The notes: generated from the letters alone by a model not told the origin. Shown: positions 38,351-48,292, counted from the stretch's first letter. The stretch is DNA of 64,000 nt from Candidatus Limnocylindria bacterium (GCA_035543375.1 DASZZF010000023.1:9538-73537), one strand, 5' to 3'. Made by a program: numbers and translations.

Positions 38351-39207
38351 GCGCGGTCCCAGGTCCGCTCATCCGCGTCGATGCCGTGTCGGTCGCGTAC
38401 CCCGTGCCCGGCGGCGGGCGTGTCCAGGCGCTCAGCAACGTCACGCTCGACGTCCGGCGCGGCGAATGGCTCACGATCATCGGCCACAACGGCTCCGGGA
38501 AAAGCACGCTCGCGAAGCTGTTCAACGGACTCGTCATCCCCGGCCGCGGAGAGGTGACGGTCGATGGCCTCTCGACGCGCGACGACGAGCAACGCAAGCG
38601 CATCCGCCAGCTCGTCGGCATGGTCTTCCAGAATCCCGACAACCAGATCGTCGCAACCGTCGTGGAAGAGGATGTGGCCTTCGGTCCCGAGAACCTGGGC
38701 CTGCCCCGGGCGGAGATCGCGTCACGGGTCGCCGACGCGATGCGGCGACTCGAGATCGAGGACCTGCGCGATCGCGCGCCGCATCAGCTCTCCGGCGGCC
38801 AGAAGCAGCGCGTCGCGATCGCGGGTGTCCTCGCGATGCGGCCGTCGTGCCTGGTGCTGGACGAATCGACGGCGATGCTCGATCCCTCGGGGCGGGCCGA
38901 GGTCCTCGAGGCGGCGGAGACCCTGCACCGGGAGGGCGTCACGATCGTCGCCATCACCCACTTCATGAGCGAGGTGACGCGCGCCGACCGCGTCATCGTG
39001 CTGGCCGAAGGACGCGTCGCGCTCGAGGCCGACCCGCGCACGCTGTTCGCGCAACCCGCGCGCCTGCGTGAGCTCGAGCTCGACGTGCCGCAGGTGACCG
39101 AGATCGCCGCGCGGCTGCGGGCGCGAGGCGCGGATCTCGCCGTCCCGCTCACGGTGGCGGAGCTCGCGGACGCGTACGTCCGGCTCCCCCGCCCGGCAGC
39201 GACATGA
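38347..39207 (+). CDS. ecfA1: ECF transporter ATPase component A1
   Basis: Walker A GHNGSGKST, Q-loop, signature LSGGQKQRVAIAG, Walker B LVLDEST. GTGA overlap with the SDR stop. Confidence 0.88.
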   Translation: MSAVPGPLIRVDAVSVAYPVPGGGRVQALSNVTLDVRRGEWLTIIGHNGSGKSTLAKLFNGLVIPGRGEVTVDGLSTRDDEQRKRIRQLVGMVFQNPDNQIVATVVEEDVAFGPENLGLPRAEIASRVADAMRRLEIEDLRDRAPHQLSGGQKQRVAIAGVLAMRPSCLVLDESTAMLDPSGRAEVLEAAETLHREGVTIVAITHFMSEVTRADRVIVLAEGRVALEADPRTLFAQPARLRELELDVPQVTEIAARLRARGADLAVPLTVAELADAYVRLPRPAAT

Positions 39208-40073
39208 CCGAGCACGTCATCGAGGTCCGCGACCTCTGGCATTGGTACCTCCGCGGCACGCCGCTCCAATCCGTCGCGCTCCAGGGGGCGTCGTTCACGC
39301 TCGACGCGGGCGAGGTGGTCGGCATCATGGGCCACACGGGGTCCGGCAAATCCACGCTCGTCCAGCACTTCAACGGCCTGCTGCGCCCGCATCGCGGCAC
39401 GGTCCGCGTCTGCGGCAGCGACCTCGGCGATCCGAAGACGGACCCGCGACCGCTGCGCCGGCGCATCGGGCTCGTCTTCCAATTCCCTGAACAGCAGCTC
39501 TTCGATCCGACCGTCGCCGACGACATCGCGTTCGGGCCGCGGAAGCTCGGCTGCGATCACGCCGAGGTCCGCAGGCGCGTCCAAGGAGCGATGGCCTCCG
39601 TGGGCCTGCCGTTCGACGCGTTCAAGGATCGCTATACGTTCGGATTGAGCGGTGGCGAGCTTCGGAAGGTCGCGCTCGCCGGCGTGCTCGCCCTCGAGCC
39701 CGAGGTGCTCGTGCTCGACGAGCCGACCGCCGGCCTCGATCCGCGCGCGCGCCGCGATCTTTTGGGCGCGCTCCGGTCGCTGCACGCGGAGCGCGGCACC
39801 GCCCTCGTGTTCGTGTCGCACAATATGGACGAGGTCGCCGAGCTTGTCGAGCGCGTAGACGTGCTCGCCGAAGGGCGGAACGCGTTCTCCGGCCCGGTCC
39901 GCGAGGTGTTCCGCGAGGAGGCGCGGCTGCGCGAGCTCGGCCTCGGGATCCCGGCCGCGGCGGAGCTCGCCGGCGCGCTCCGCGCGCGTGGAGTCGCGCT
40001 GCAGGGCGATGTGCTCACGATCGATGACGCCGTGGAGGCGATGTGGACGAGTTTGAGTTCTCCCGCGGCATAA
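39204..40073 (+). CDS. ecfA2: ECF transporter ATPase component A2
   Basis: GHTGSGKST, LSGGELRKVALAG, LVLDEPTAGLD. ATGA overlap with ecfA1. Confidence 0.88.
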   Translation: MTEHVIEVRDLWHWYLRGTPLQSVALQGASFTLDAGEVVGIMGHTGSGKSTLVQHFNGLLRPHRGTVRVCGSDLGDPKTDPRPLRRRIGLVFQFPEQQLFDPTVADDIAFGPRKLGCDHAEVRRRVQGAMASVGLPFDAFKDRYTFGLSGGELRKVALAGVLALEPEVLVLDEPTAGLDPRARRDLLGALRSLHAERGTALVFVSHNMDEVAELVERVDVLAEGRNAFSGPVREVFREEARLRELGLGIPAAAELAGALRARGVALQGDVLTIDDAVEAMWTSLSSPAA

Positions 40074-40909
40074 CCATCGGGCAGTTCATCCCGGGCACAT
40101 CCCTGATCCACCGGATGGACGCGCGCACGAAGATCGTCGCGTTCATGATCCTGCTCGCGGGCGTCATCACGACGCCGTCGTATATCGGCAACGGCATCGC
40201 GTTCCTCATGGTCCTGGTGCTCGTCGCGATCAGCGGGCTGCCGCTCGGATATCTCGTCGGCGGCATCCGGCCGATCCTGCCGATCCTCGCCGTCTATACG
40301 CTCTTCAACTTCCTGTTCCTCGGGAACTACGACCCGACTGGCTCCGCCGTGCTCCTTCGCACGCCGGTCTCGATCGGCCCGTGGGAATTCGCGTTCACGG
40401 TGACGGACAACTCGATGCGCCAGACGGCACAGGGCGTGTTCCGCATCTTCGACCTGATCATGTTGTCAAGCCTCCTGACGCTCACGACATCGATCACAGC
40501 GTTGTCGAAGGCCATCGAGAGCCTGCTCGCACCATTTCGTGTCATCCGCGTCCCCGGCCACGAGATCGCGATGATCATCGCGATCGCCTACCGCTTCATG
40601 CCGACCGTCGCGGAAGAGCTCGAACGGCTGATGAAGGCGCAGGCATCGCGGGGCGCGGACTTCGGGCGGCCCGGTGGGTTGCGGTTCGTGCAGCGGACGC
40701 GGCAGCTCGTGCCGATCACGGTACCGCTCTTCGTTTCCGCATTCCGGCGGGCGGAGGACCTGATCCTCGCGATGGAGTCGCGCTGCTACGTCGGTGGGGC
40801 CGGCCGGAGTGCGGTGGCGCTCGACCGGCTGCGCCGACTGGACTGGTCCGCCCTTGCCGTCGCGCTCGTCTTCACACTCGCCCTCTGGCGGACACCTTTC
40901 CCGCTGTGA
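40043..40909 (+). CDS. ecfT: ECF transporter transmembrane (T) component
   Basis: IPGTSLIHRMDARTKIV is the CbiQ/EcfT N-terminal pattern. Contains the ARG coupling-helix motif (QASRGAD), and is multi-TM. Confidence 0.85.
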   Translation: MDEFEFSRGITIGQFIPGTSLIHRMDARTKIVAFMILLAGVITTPSYIGNGIAFLMVLVLVAISGLPLGYLVGGIRPILPILAVYTLFNFLFLGNYDPTGSAVLLRTPVSIGPWEFAFTVTDNSMRQTAQGVFRIFDLIMLSSLLTLTTSITALSKAIESLLAPFRVIRVPGHEIAMIIAIAYRFMPTVAEELERLMKAQASRGADFGRPGGLRFVQRTRQLVPITVPLFVSAFRRAEDLILAMESRCYVGGAGRSAVALDRLRRLDWSALAVALVFTLALWRTPFPL

Positions 40910-42156
40910 ACGCCGCCGAGCGGGTATGCGCGGCGGTCGACGAGCTGCGCGATGAGTGCGTCGCGTTCCTTGCCGGCATGACACGCATCGCCACGGTCAA
41001 TCCGCCGGGCGACCGCTACCAGGAGTGCGCCCGCTTCATCGGCGACCGGCTCGTATCGCTCGGCTACGCGGTCGAGTACGTGCATCCGCCCGAGGACCCT
41101 GTCCGGCTCAACGTCTTCGCGCGGCTCGCCGGCGCCGCGGACCATCCCACGCTCCACTTCAATGGCCACTTCGATGTCGTGCCCGTCGGCGACGCCGACG
41201 CGTGGACGCACGCGCCGTTCGGCGCGGAGATCGCTGCGGGCCGGCTGTGGGGAAGGGGCACCGGCGATCAGAAGGCCGGCATCGCAGCGTCGGTGTATGC
41301 CATCGAAGCGATCAGGCGCGCCGGCATCGCACTGCGCGGTAGCGTCGAGCAGAGCGCGACCGTCGATGAGGAGAGCGGAGGCTTCGCCGGCGTCGCGGAG
41401 CTGTGCGAGCAGGGCTTCATCCGCGCCGGGCGGACCGACCACGTGATCATCACCGAGCCCCTCGACGTCGACCGGGTCTGCCTCGGGCATCGCGGCGTGT
41501 ACTGGTTCGAGGTGACCGCCCGCGGCAGGGCGGCGCACGGGAGCATGCCGGAGCTGGGTCGGAACGCCGCGGATGCGATGGTCCGGTTGGTGGCGCGCAT
41601 CGACCGCGAGCTGAAGCCGCGGCTCGCACTACGGGTGACCGCGGTGCCGGTGGAGCCGCCCGCGGCGCGACGCCCGTCGATCAACCTGAACGCGCTCCAT
41701 GCCGGCCAGCCGATCGGCGTGGAGCAGACTCCGATGGTCCCCGACGTCTGCAGCGCGATCTTCGATCGGCGGTTCATCGCGGAAGAATCGAGCGGCGACG
41801 TCCGGCGCGAGATCGCCGACCTTGTCGCCGCGGAACGATCCGACGGCATCCGCTGGTCCGTGCGGGACCTCATGCTCGTCGAGCCCACCTCGACGCCGGC
41901 CGACGCCCCGGTCGCGCGCGCGGTGCGCGACGCGGTGCAGCACGTCCTCGGCCGGCCCGCGAAGCTCATCGCGAGCCCCGGCACGTACGACCAGAAGCAC
42001 GTCGTGCGGCACGGCGGGGTGACGGACTGCATCGCCTACGGCCCCGGTCGCCTCGAGACCGCGCACCGTCCGGACGAGTACGTGGATCTCGAGGATCTCG
42101 CGAACGCGACGAAGGTGATGGCTCTCGCGGCGCTTGCCCTACTCGGAACCCGTTGA
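40906..42156 (+). CDS. M20-family metallopeptidase (ArgE/DapE/dipeptidase-like)
   Basis: LHFNGHFDVVP...GRGTGDQKAG...VDEESGG is the M20 metal-binding signature. GTGA overlap with the ecfT stop. The track ORF start 40381 is rejected. Confidence 0.8.
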   Translation: MNAAERVCAAVDELRDECVAFLAGMTRIATVNPPGDRYQECARFIGDRLVSLGYAVEYVHPPEDPVRLNVFARLAGAADHPTLHFNGHFDVVPVGDADAWTHAPFGAEIAAGRLWGRGTGDQKAGIAASVYAIEAIRRAGIALRGSVEQSATVDEESGGFAGVAELCEQGFIRAGRTDHVIITEPLDVDRVCLGHRGVYWFEVTARGRAAHGSMPELGRNAADAMVRLVARIDRELKPRLALRVTAVPVEPPAARRPSINLNALHAGQPIGVEQTPMVPDVCSAIFDRRFIAEESSGDVRREIADLVAAERSDGIRWSVRDLMLVEPTSTPADAPVARAVRDAVQHVLGRPAKLIASPGTYDQKHVVRHGGVTDCIAYGPGRLETAHRPDEYVDLEDLANATKVMALAALALLGTR

Positions 42157-42172
42157 CGGAGCTCGTCCTTGG

Positions 42173-43840
42173 CTAGTCGACCCCGATCGCGGTCGAGATC
42201 TTCATCGCACCGACGCCAGCGCGACGCTCGGCGCCATCGACACGGATCGCGCTCGGGCGGGCGAAATGCGAGGACGCGAACGTCTCGTTGCGGACCGACA
42301 GGCGATGCCCCATGGCAGCGAGCTCGGCGCGGTCCGCCTCCGGCACGCGTGAGTCGACGAGCGTATCTGTGGACTCGCAGTGGATCCGTGGCGTGTTCAC
42401 AGCTTGCTGCGGTCCCATCCCCCAGTCCGCGACATTCGTGATCACGTGGAGCATGGCGCTGATGATCCGGCGGCCACCGGGCGCGCCGGCACAGAGGAAC
42501 GGCGCGCCGTCCTTAAGGAGCAGCATCGGCGCGATCGCCGGCAGGATCCTCCTGCCACCGGCGATCGAGTTCACCCGTCCCGGGCGCGGGTCGAACCAGG
42601 TCATGACGTTCCCGAGGATGATGCCAGTACCTTTCGCGACGACGCCAGAGCCGAAAGCGCCACCGAGCGTCGCCGTGAGCGCGACCATGCGTCCTTCGCG
42701 GTCGACCGCGTTCACGTGCGTCGTGCAGTCGGTCGAATGTGTGGCCGGCGTCGCCCCGGCATCTGGCGTCGCCTGCTTCGGGTCGATCGTCGCGCAAGCC
42801 TTCGCCGCATGCGCGGGCGACGCGAGCTCGTCGTAGATCGCCGCGCCGACGACCGCGGGATCGGCGAGATAGGTGAAGCGATCGGCGAACGCCCGCCGCT
42901 GCGCCTCGGCCAACAGATGCAGGGCCTCGGCTGACAGCGGACCGAGGCGGTCGAGCTCAAAGCCGGACAGGATGTTCAGCGCCTCGACGACCGTGATCGC
43001 ACCGGACGCCTCGGGCAGCGTCTGCAGCGCGAAGCCGCGATAGTCGATCACCAGCGGCTCGCGCTCGCGCACCTCGAATGACGCGAAGTCCTCCACCGAA
43101 AGGAGCCCGCCGTGGCGTTGGATGTCTTCGGCGACCGCGCGCCCAAGCTCGCCGTGGTACAGCGCGTCGGGTCCGTCAGCGGCGATCGTCCGCAGGCTTT
43201 GCGCCAGGTCGCGCTGCACGAGCATGTCTCCGGGCTCGAGGCCGGTAGGCGCGCGGCGCGGCGCGCCGTCGGGTCGGAGGAAGATCTCGCGCGAGGCATC
43301 GCACGTCGTGAGCCGGTCGTAGTACTGACCGAACGCGAGCGACAGCGGCCAATCGACCTCCCAGCCGCTGTCCGCGAGCGAAATCGCATCCCGCATCACG
43401 TCGGCGCGCTGCAGCGATCCGAACCGTTCGAGCGCGCGGCAGAGGCAGCCGACCGCGCCAGGCAGACCGATGGCCCGATAGCCGACGTTCTGGGCATTGT
43501 CCTTGGTCGCGGGCCAGCCGTACATTCCGGCGGCGCCCGATGTCTCAAGGTCGTACATGTCCACGGTCGCGCGAAACGGCGCCGCGCCAGACCCGTTGAT
43601 CGTCGTCACGCTGCCGTCGGGCTCGCGGATGACGCACCAGGCCACGCCGCCGATCCCGCTCGTGGTGGGCTCGACGACGCCCATCGCGAACGCGGCGCCC
43701 ACCGCCGCATCCACGGCGTTCCCACCCCTCGCGAGGATGCGCGCTCCGGCCTCGGCGGCGAGCGGATGCTCGGCGGTGATCATGCCACCGCCCGAGGCGG
43801 CCTCGGTCTTTTCGATCTTCGAGGCGCTCCGCGTTGCCAT
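42173..43840 (-). CDS. ggt: gamma-glutamyltransferase-family protein (no signal peptide)
   Basis: ITAEHPLAAEAGARILARGGNAVDAAV...SGIGG...DCTTHVNAVD (Thr nucleophile context)...GAPGG.RI. Confidence 0.85.
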   Translation of the reverse strand: MATRSASKIEKTEAASGGGMITAEHPLAAEAGARILARGGNAVDAAVGAAFAMGVVEPTTSGIGGVAWCVIREPDGSVTTINGSGAAPFRATVDMYDLETSGAAGMYGWPATKDNAQNVGYRAIGLPGAVGCLCRALERFGSLQRADVMRDAISLADSGWEVDWPLSLAFGQYYDRLTTCDASREIFLRPDGAPRRAPTGLEPGDMLVQRDLAQSLRTIAADGPDALYHGELGRAVAEDIQRHGGLLSVEDFASFEVREREPLVIDYRGFALQTLPEASGAITVVEALNILSGFELDRLGPLSAEALHLLAEAQRRAFADRFTYLADPAVVGAAIYDELASPAHAAKACATIDPKQATPDAGATPATHSTDCTTHVNAVDREGRMVALTATLGGAFGSGVVAKGTGIILGNVMTWFDPRPGRVNSIAGGRRILPAIAPMLLLKDGAPFLCAGAPGGRRIISAMLHVITNVADWGMGPQQAVNTPRIHCESTDTLVDSRVPEADRAELAAMGHRLSVRNETFASSHFARPSAIRVDGAERRAGVGAMKISTAIGVD

Positions 43841-43870
43841 CGGCAGGATGGTGGCAGACTCGCGGCACAG

Positions 43871-44734
43871 ATGACGCTGCCTCGTGGGTTCGCGGTCGGG
43901 CACTGGACCGATCCGGTCGCCATGACCGGCTGCACCGTGATCCTCTGCGAAGGAAGTGCCACCGCTGGGGTCGACGTCCGCGGTGGCGCGCCCGCGACCA
44001 TCCAGACCGACATCATCGGCCCGGCCTCGGCGACGGCGATCCTCCACGGCGTGCTCCTGACCGGCGGCAGCGCGTTCGGTCTTGCGGCATACGCGGGCGT
44101 CATGCGCTTCCTCGAAGAGAAGCGCGTGGGCTTCGCCGTTCGAGACTGGCGCGTCCCGCTCGTCGCCGGTGCGGCGATCTTCGACCTCATGATCGGGGAC
44201 GGGAAGGTGCGGCCCGGCCCCAACGCGGGCTATGCCGCGTGCCGGATGGCGAACGACGCTCCCGCGGAGGGCCTCGTCGGTGCGGGCACCGGCGCGACGG
44301 CGGCGAAGCTCGCCGGCGGGCACGCGCCGGGCGGGCTCGGCATCGCGTCGGTGAAGGCCGGCGACGCGACCGTGACCGCGATCATGGTCGTGAACGCGCT
44401 CGGCGACGTCTGGGACGCCGAGCGGAACGAGTGGGCCGCGAGATCCGCGCCCGCGACCACGCCGGCAAAGGGCGGGAACACGACGATCGGCGTCGTGATG
44501 ACCGATGCGCTCCTGGATCGCGATGCGACGCGGCGCGTCGCCATGACGGCCCAGGACGGCCTGGCGCGCGCGATCCGGCCGGCGCATACCGACCGGGACG
44601 GCGACACGATCTTCGCCATGGCCGCGGGCCCCGTGACCGCGGATGCGTCCGCCGTGCAATTCGCCGCCGCGGACGCGGTCGAGCGGGCCATCGTCCGGGC
44701 GGTGAGATCCGCGAGTGGGACAATGGAGCGATGA
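43871..44734 (+). CDS. P1/DmpA-family (peptidase S58) aminopeptidase
   Basis: GFAVGHWTD....TGCTVIL...GVDVRGGAP.T......GGNTTIGVVMTDA is the DmpA/BapA-like self-processing family pattern. Confidence 0.75.
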   Translation: MTLPRGFAVGHWTDPVAMTGCTVILCEGSATAGVDVRGGAPATIQTDIIGPASATAILHGVLLTGGSAFGLAAYAGVMRFLEEKRVGFAVRDWRVPLVAGAAIFDLMIGDGKVRPGPNAGYAACRMANDAPAEGLVGAGTGATAAKLAGGHAPGGLGIASVKAGDATVTAIMVVNALGDVWDAERNEWAARSAPATTPAKGGNTTIGVVMTDALLDRDATRRVAMTAQDGLARAIRPAHTDRDGDTIFAMAAGPVTADASAVQFAAADAVERAIVRAVRSASGTMER

Positions 44735-45909
44735 AGGACATCGTCATCCTGGGCGGCGCGCGCACCGCTTTCGGGACGTACGGCGGGGCGCTACGCGACA
44801 CGTCCGCCACGGACCTGGGAGTCATCGCGGCGAAAGGCGCGCTCGAGCGGTCCAAGGTCGAGCCGGGCAAGATCGACCACGTCATCCTCGGCAACGTCCT
44901 GCAGACGAGCGGCGACGCCGTGTACTTCGCGCGGCACGTCGGGCTCCGGGCGGGCATCCCGCAGGAGACCCCCGCCCTCACGATCAACCGGCTCTGCGGG
45001 TCCGGCCTGCAGGCGATCCTCCTCGGCATGCAGGAGATCCAGCTCGGCCAAGCGGACTTCGTCCTTGCCGGCGGCGCCGAGAACATGTCGATGGCGCCGC
45101 ACCTGATCCGTGGCGCGCGCTGGGGCCTGCCGCTCGGCGAGCAGAAGCTCGAGGACTACCTCTGGGTCGCGCTCGTCGACAGCTACAACGGCCTCGGCAT
45201 GGCGAACACGGCGGAGAACCTCGGCCGCAAGTACGGCATCAGCCGGCAGGCGGCCGACGAATTCGCGTACCGCAGCCACATGCTGGCGGCGAAGGCGCGT
45301 GAGTCGTGCCGATTCAGCGAGGAGATCGTGCCCGTCGAGGTGCAGACGAAGAAAGGCCCGATTGTGGTCGACAAGGACGAGCACATCCGCCCGGACACCA
45401 CGCTCGAAGCGCTCGCGAAGCTCACCGCGCGCTTCGAGAAGGACGGCACGGTCACCGCCGGTAATGCCAGCGGGATCAATGACGGCGCCGCGGCGCTCGT
45501 GGTCGCGTCGGCGGACGCCGCCGCGAAGGCCGGCCTGAAGCCGATCGCGCGCATCGTCTCCGGCGGTGTCTGCGGCGTGGATCCCGACATCATGGGCATC
45601 GGTCCGGCACCCTCAAGCCGCCAGGCGCTGAAGCGGGCCGGACTCAAGATCGAGCAGATGGACCTGGTCGAGATCAACGAGGCCTTCGCGACGCAGTACC
45701 TCGCCGTCGAGAAGGATCTCGAGCTCGACCGCGAGAAGGCGAATGTGAACGGCGGCGCGATCGCGCTCGGGCACCCGCTCGGCGCATCCGGCGCGCGCCT
45801 CGCGCTCACGCTCATCACCGAGCTCGGCAAGCGCAAGGGCCGCTACGGCCTCGCGTCGCTCTGCATCGGTGGCGGCCAGGGGGTCGCGGCGATCTTCGAG
45901 CGGCTCTAG
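44731..45909 (+). CDS. acetyl-CoA C-acetyltransferase (thiolase II)
   Basis: INRLCGSGLQA (active-site Cys), NGGAIALGHPLGASGAR, CIGGGQG. ATGA overlap with the upstream gene. Confidence 0.9.
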   Translation: MKDIVILGGARTAFGTYGGALRDTSATDLGVIAAKGALERSKVEPGKIDHVILGNVLQTSGDAVYFARHVGLRAGIPQETPALTINRLCGSGLQAILLGMQEIQLGQADFVLAGGAENMSMAPHLIRGARWGLPLGEQKLEDYLWVALVDSYNGLGMANTAENLGRKYGISRQAADEFAYRSHMLAAKARESCRFSEEIVPVEVQTKKGPIVVDKDEHIRPDTTLEALAKLTARFEKDGTVTAGNASGINDGAAALVVASADAAAKAGLKPIARIVSGGVCGVDPDIMGIGPAPSSRQALKRAGLKIEQMDLVEINEAFATQYLAVEKDLELDREKANVNGGAIALGHPLGASGARLALTLITELGKRKGRYGLASLCIGGGQGVAAIFERL

Positions 45910-45914
45910 CGGCC

Positions 45915-46307
45915 TTGGCGTCCGGCCCGCGCGTCGCGATCTCATTGCTTGAGGTGAGCGCTCGGGGCGCCCTCTGGCGCGTGCGCTGGCGGGTCGCGAA
46001 CGAAACAGGGGTCGAGCTGCGACTGACCGGTCTCGCCATCCCGCACGGCCGCTTCCGCGCCGCCGATCAGGATCTCGACATCGCGCTCAGGGCGAACGGG
46101 ACCGCCGAGCTTGCGGCCGACGTGTCCTTCACCGAGTCGCGAGGCACCGAGGTCGAGAATGCGTTCCTCATCCTGACCGCGCGATCGGACGGGCGCGACT
46201 GGCGGATACTGGCCCGGCTGCGGGTGCCTGCCGGCGAGGATGGCGCGCCGCGGCCGTTGACCGAGCGTATCGATGTGCAGGAGGTCGGGTTCAATGGACC
46301 GGGATGA
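45915..46307 (+). CDS. hypothetical protein
   Basis: 130-aa ORF (TTG start) 5 nt after the thiolase stop. Beta-rich translation that looks protein-like. No family recognised. Confidence 0.4.
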   Translation: MASGPRVAISLLEVSARGALWRVRWRVANETGVELRLTGLAIPHGRFRAADQDLDIALRANGTAELAADVSFTESRGTEVENAFLILTARSDGRDWRILARLRVPAGEDGAPRPLTERIDVQEVGFNGPG

Positions 46308-46377
46308 CCGCTACGTCCTTGAACGGATGCGCGGCTGACGCCGCAACTGAAGCCGAGGCTTCGAGGAGACCACGGGT

Positions 46378-46509
46378 ATGGTCTCCAGCGTGTTGGAGAT
46401 GGACGTTGTCGATCTGGTGCAACGGCTCAGGGAAATTCGCGCGCGCTGGAAGAACGACAACGGCTACCGGACGCTGCGGGAGGAGTTCCCCAAGACCTGG
46501 CCGATGTAG
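46378..46509 (+). CDS. possible 43-aa small protein MVSSVLEMDVVDLVQRLREIRARWKNDNGYRTLREEFPKTWPM
   Basis: GAGGAG SD 9 nt upstream of the ATG. Charged, helical, protein-like sequence. Too short to appear in the ORF track. Confidence 0.3.
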   Translation: MVSSVLEMDVVDLVQRLREIRARWKNDNGYRTLREEFPKTWPM

Positions 46510-46512
46510 GCC

Positions 46513-47283
46513 CTAGCTGAGCGGAGGCAGCGTGAATGTCGGCGTCTCCAGCTTGAGCGGCGCCTTGCCGCTCCAGTACTCCCGCTTGCCGGTCATCGCC
46601 TGGACGTGCCCGTCCCATTCGAAGTTGAAGGCGTTCAGGCCGAGCTTCACCGCCGCGCGGACCTGCGTCTGCGTCGCCTCGTCGCGGGCGAAGCGGCGGA
46701 TCGCGTCGATCTGCCGGTCGCCGTGCCCGGTGTCCTGCTCGGCGTGGAGCTCGTATGTCGCGGCGGCGCGCTTCGAGAACCCGTAGTGACCGGTGAGCGC
46801 CTCGAACATGCCGGCCGCGGCGCCACGTGGGCCGCCATGCATCGCCTCGACGAAGCTGAGCAGAGCGATCCCCTCGAGCGCGCTCCGCCGCTGGCAGCCG
46901 CCGACGATCATCTCGATGGCGGCGATCGTCCCTGGGGCGGGCTCGGCGCGGTCTGCGCTACCACGATCGAGACCGGCCTCTTCCAGCATCTGTAGCATCA
47001 CGTCGACATGGGTGCGCTCGCCGCCGAGCTCCTCCATGAAGTTCTCCATGACGATCGGCATGAGGTCGTAATTCGCCTCAGCGGTCACGTTCGTCACGAT
47101 GTAGCCGAAGAAGACCGGGTTTTGACGCACCCGCAGGTAGTGCTGGATCTCGCCGAGCACGATCTGCTCGCGCGTCCAGCGATGCTCGACGACACCTTTG
47201 AACCAGGGGTGCTCGCGCATCTCGAGCTCGCGCGCATAGCCCCACAGCTCGGCGACGAAGGCGTCGGGATCGAGTGCCGTCAC
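46513..47283 (-). CDS. PqqC/TenA-like heme-oxygenase-fold (iron-containing redox enzyme) family protein
   Basis: HPWFKGVVEHRWTREQIVLGEIQHYLRVR.....F...ENFMEELG...HVDVML is a PqqC-like pattern. GTG 47283 lies 4 nt after the upstream EamA stop. Confidence 0.6.
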   Translation of the reverse strand: MTALDPDAFVAELWGYARELEMREHPWFKGVVEHRWTREQIVLGEIQHYLRVRQNPVFFGYIVTNVTAEANYDLMPIVMENFMEELGGERTHVDVMLQMLEEAGLDRGSADRAEPAPGTIAAIEMIVGGCQRRSALEGIALLSFVEAMHGGPRGAAAGMFEALTGHYGFSKRAAATYELHAEQDTGHGDRQIDAIRRFARDEATQTQVRAAVKLGLNAFNFEWDGHVQAMTGKREYWSGKAPLKLETPTFTLPPLS

Positions 47284-47287
47284 CGGC

Positions 47288-48247
47288 TCAGTCTGCCTCG
47301 CTCGCGGAGAGCCCGCTCGCCGCTTGAGACCGCGCCGCGCGCTGGCGCGCGCCCTCGCGCTGCACGATGTACGCGACTGCGGCGATGATGATCGCCGCAC
47401 CGATGACGATCGAAGGCGTGATTGGCTCGGCAAGGATGAGGAAGCCGAGAAATACGGCGACCACCGGGTTCACGTATGCGTATGTGGCGACAAGCGACAC
47501 CGAGGTGTGCTGCAGCAGCCAGCCGTACGCGGTGAACGCGACGAGTGAGCCGAACACGACCAGGTACACGAGGGCGGCGATCGAGCGGGTCGAGAAGGTC
47601 GCCGGATCGATGTGGGCCGCCTCCCCGAAGACCACGCCCGCGACGAGCAGCGTGGCGCCAGCGGTCAGCGCCTGGATCCCGGTCGAGAGCAGGCCATCGC
47701 GCGGCAGGCCCAAGCGCGGCGAAAGGAACGTCCCGAGCGCCCACGACAGCGTGGCGAGGAGGACCGTCACAAGACCGCCGATGTCGGCACCGCTCGCGAT
47801 TTGCGGGATGACGAGGAACGCGACGCCGGCGAATCCGACGGCCACCCCAGCGGCGGTCGACAGGTGGATGCGGTCACCAGCGAGGTGACGGAGCAGCACG
47901 ATCCACAGCGGGACCGAGGCGACGATGAGCGCGGTGAGCCCCGACGGGACGGTGCGCTCGGCAAGGACAACGAGTCCATTGCCGCCCACGAGCAACAGGA
48001 GGCCGACGATCGCGGCGCCCCGGATCTCCGCCGGCCGCGGCCGCAGCAAGGTCGGGCCGCGCCGGAGGGCGATCCACCCGAGGAGCAGGAGCCCGGCGAC
48101 GAGGAACCGGAGACCCGCGGACAGCAACGGCGGCAGCGTCTGCAGGGTGATCGCGATGGCGAGATAGGTGGAGCCCCAGACGAGGTAGACCGTGCCGAGC
48201 GCGGTCCACAGGGCGAGCGGCGACGCGTCGCGCTGCTTCGGCATCAC
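47288..48247 (-). CDS. EamA/DMT-family transporter
   Basis: 319 aa, about 10 TM segments, two EamA repeats (LWGSTYLAI...; ...PVVAVFLGFLILAEP). Confidence 0.85.
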   Translation of the reverse strand: MMPKQRDASPLALWTALGTVYLVWGSTYLAIAITLQTLPPLLSAGLRFLVAGLLLLGWIALRRGPTLLRPRPAEIRGAAIVGLLLLVGGNGLVVLAERTVPSGLTALIVASVPLWIVLLRHLAGDRIHLSTAAGVAVGFAGVAFLVIPQIASGADIGGLVTVLLATLSWALGTFLSPRLGLPRDGLLSTGIQALTAGATLLVAGVVFGEAAHIDPATFSTRSIAALVYLVVFGSLVAFTAYGWLLQHTSVSLVATYAYVNPVVAVFLGFLILAEPITPSIVIGAAIIIAAVAYIVQREGARQRAARSQAASGLSASEAD

Positions 48248-48292
48248 GCGATGCTATCGGTCGCGACGTTCTTCGACCGTAAACTGCGACGC

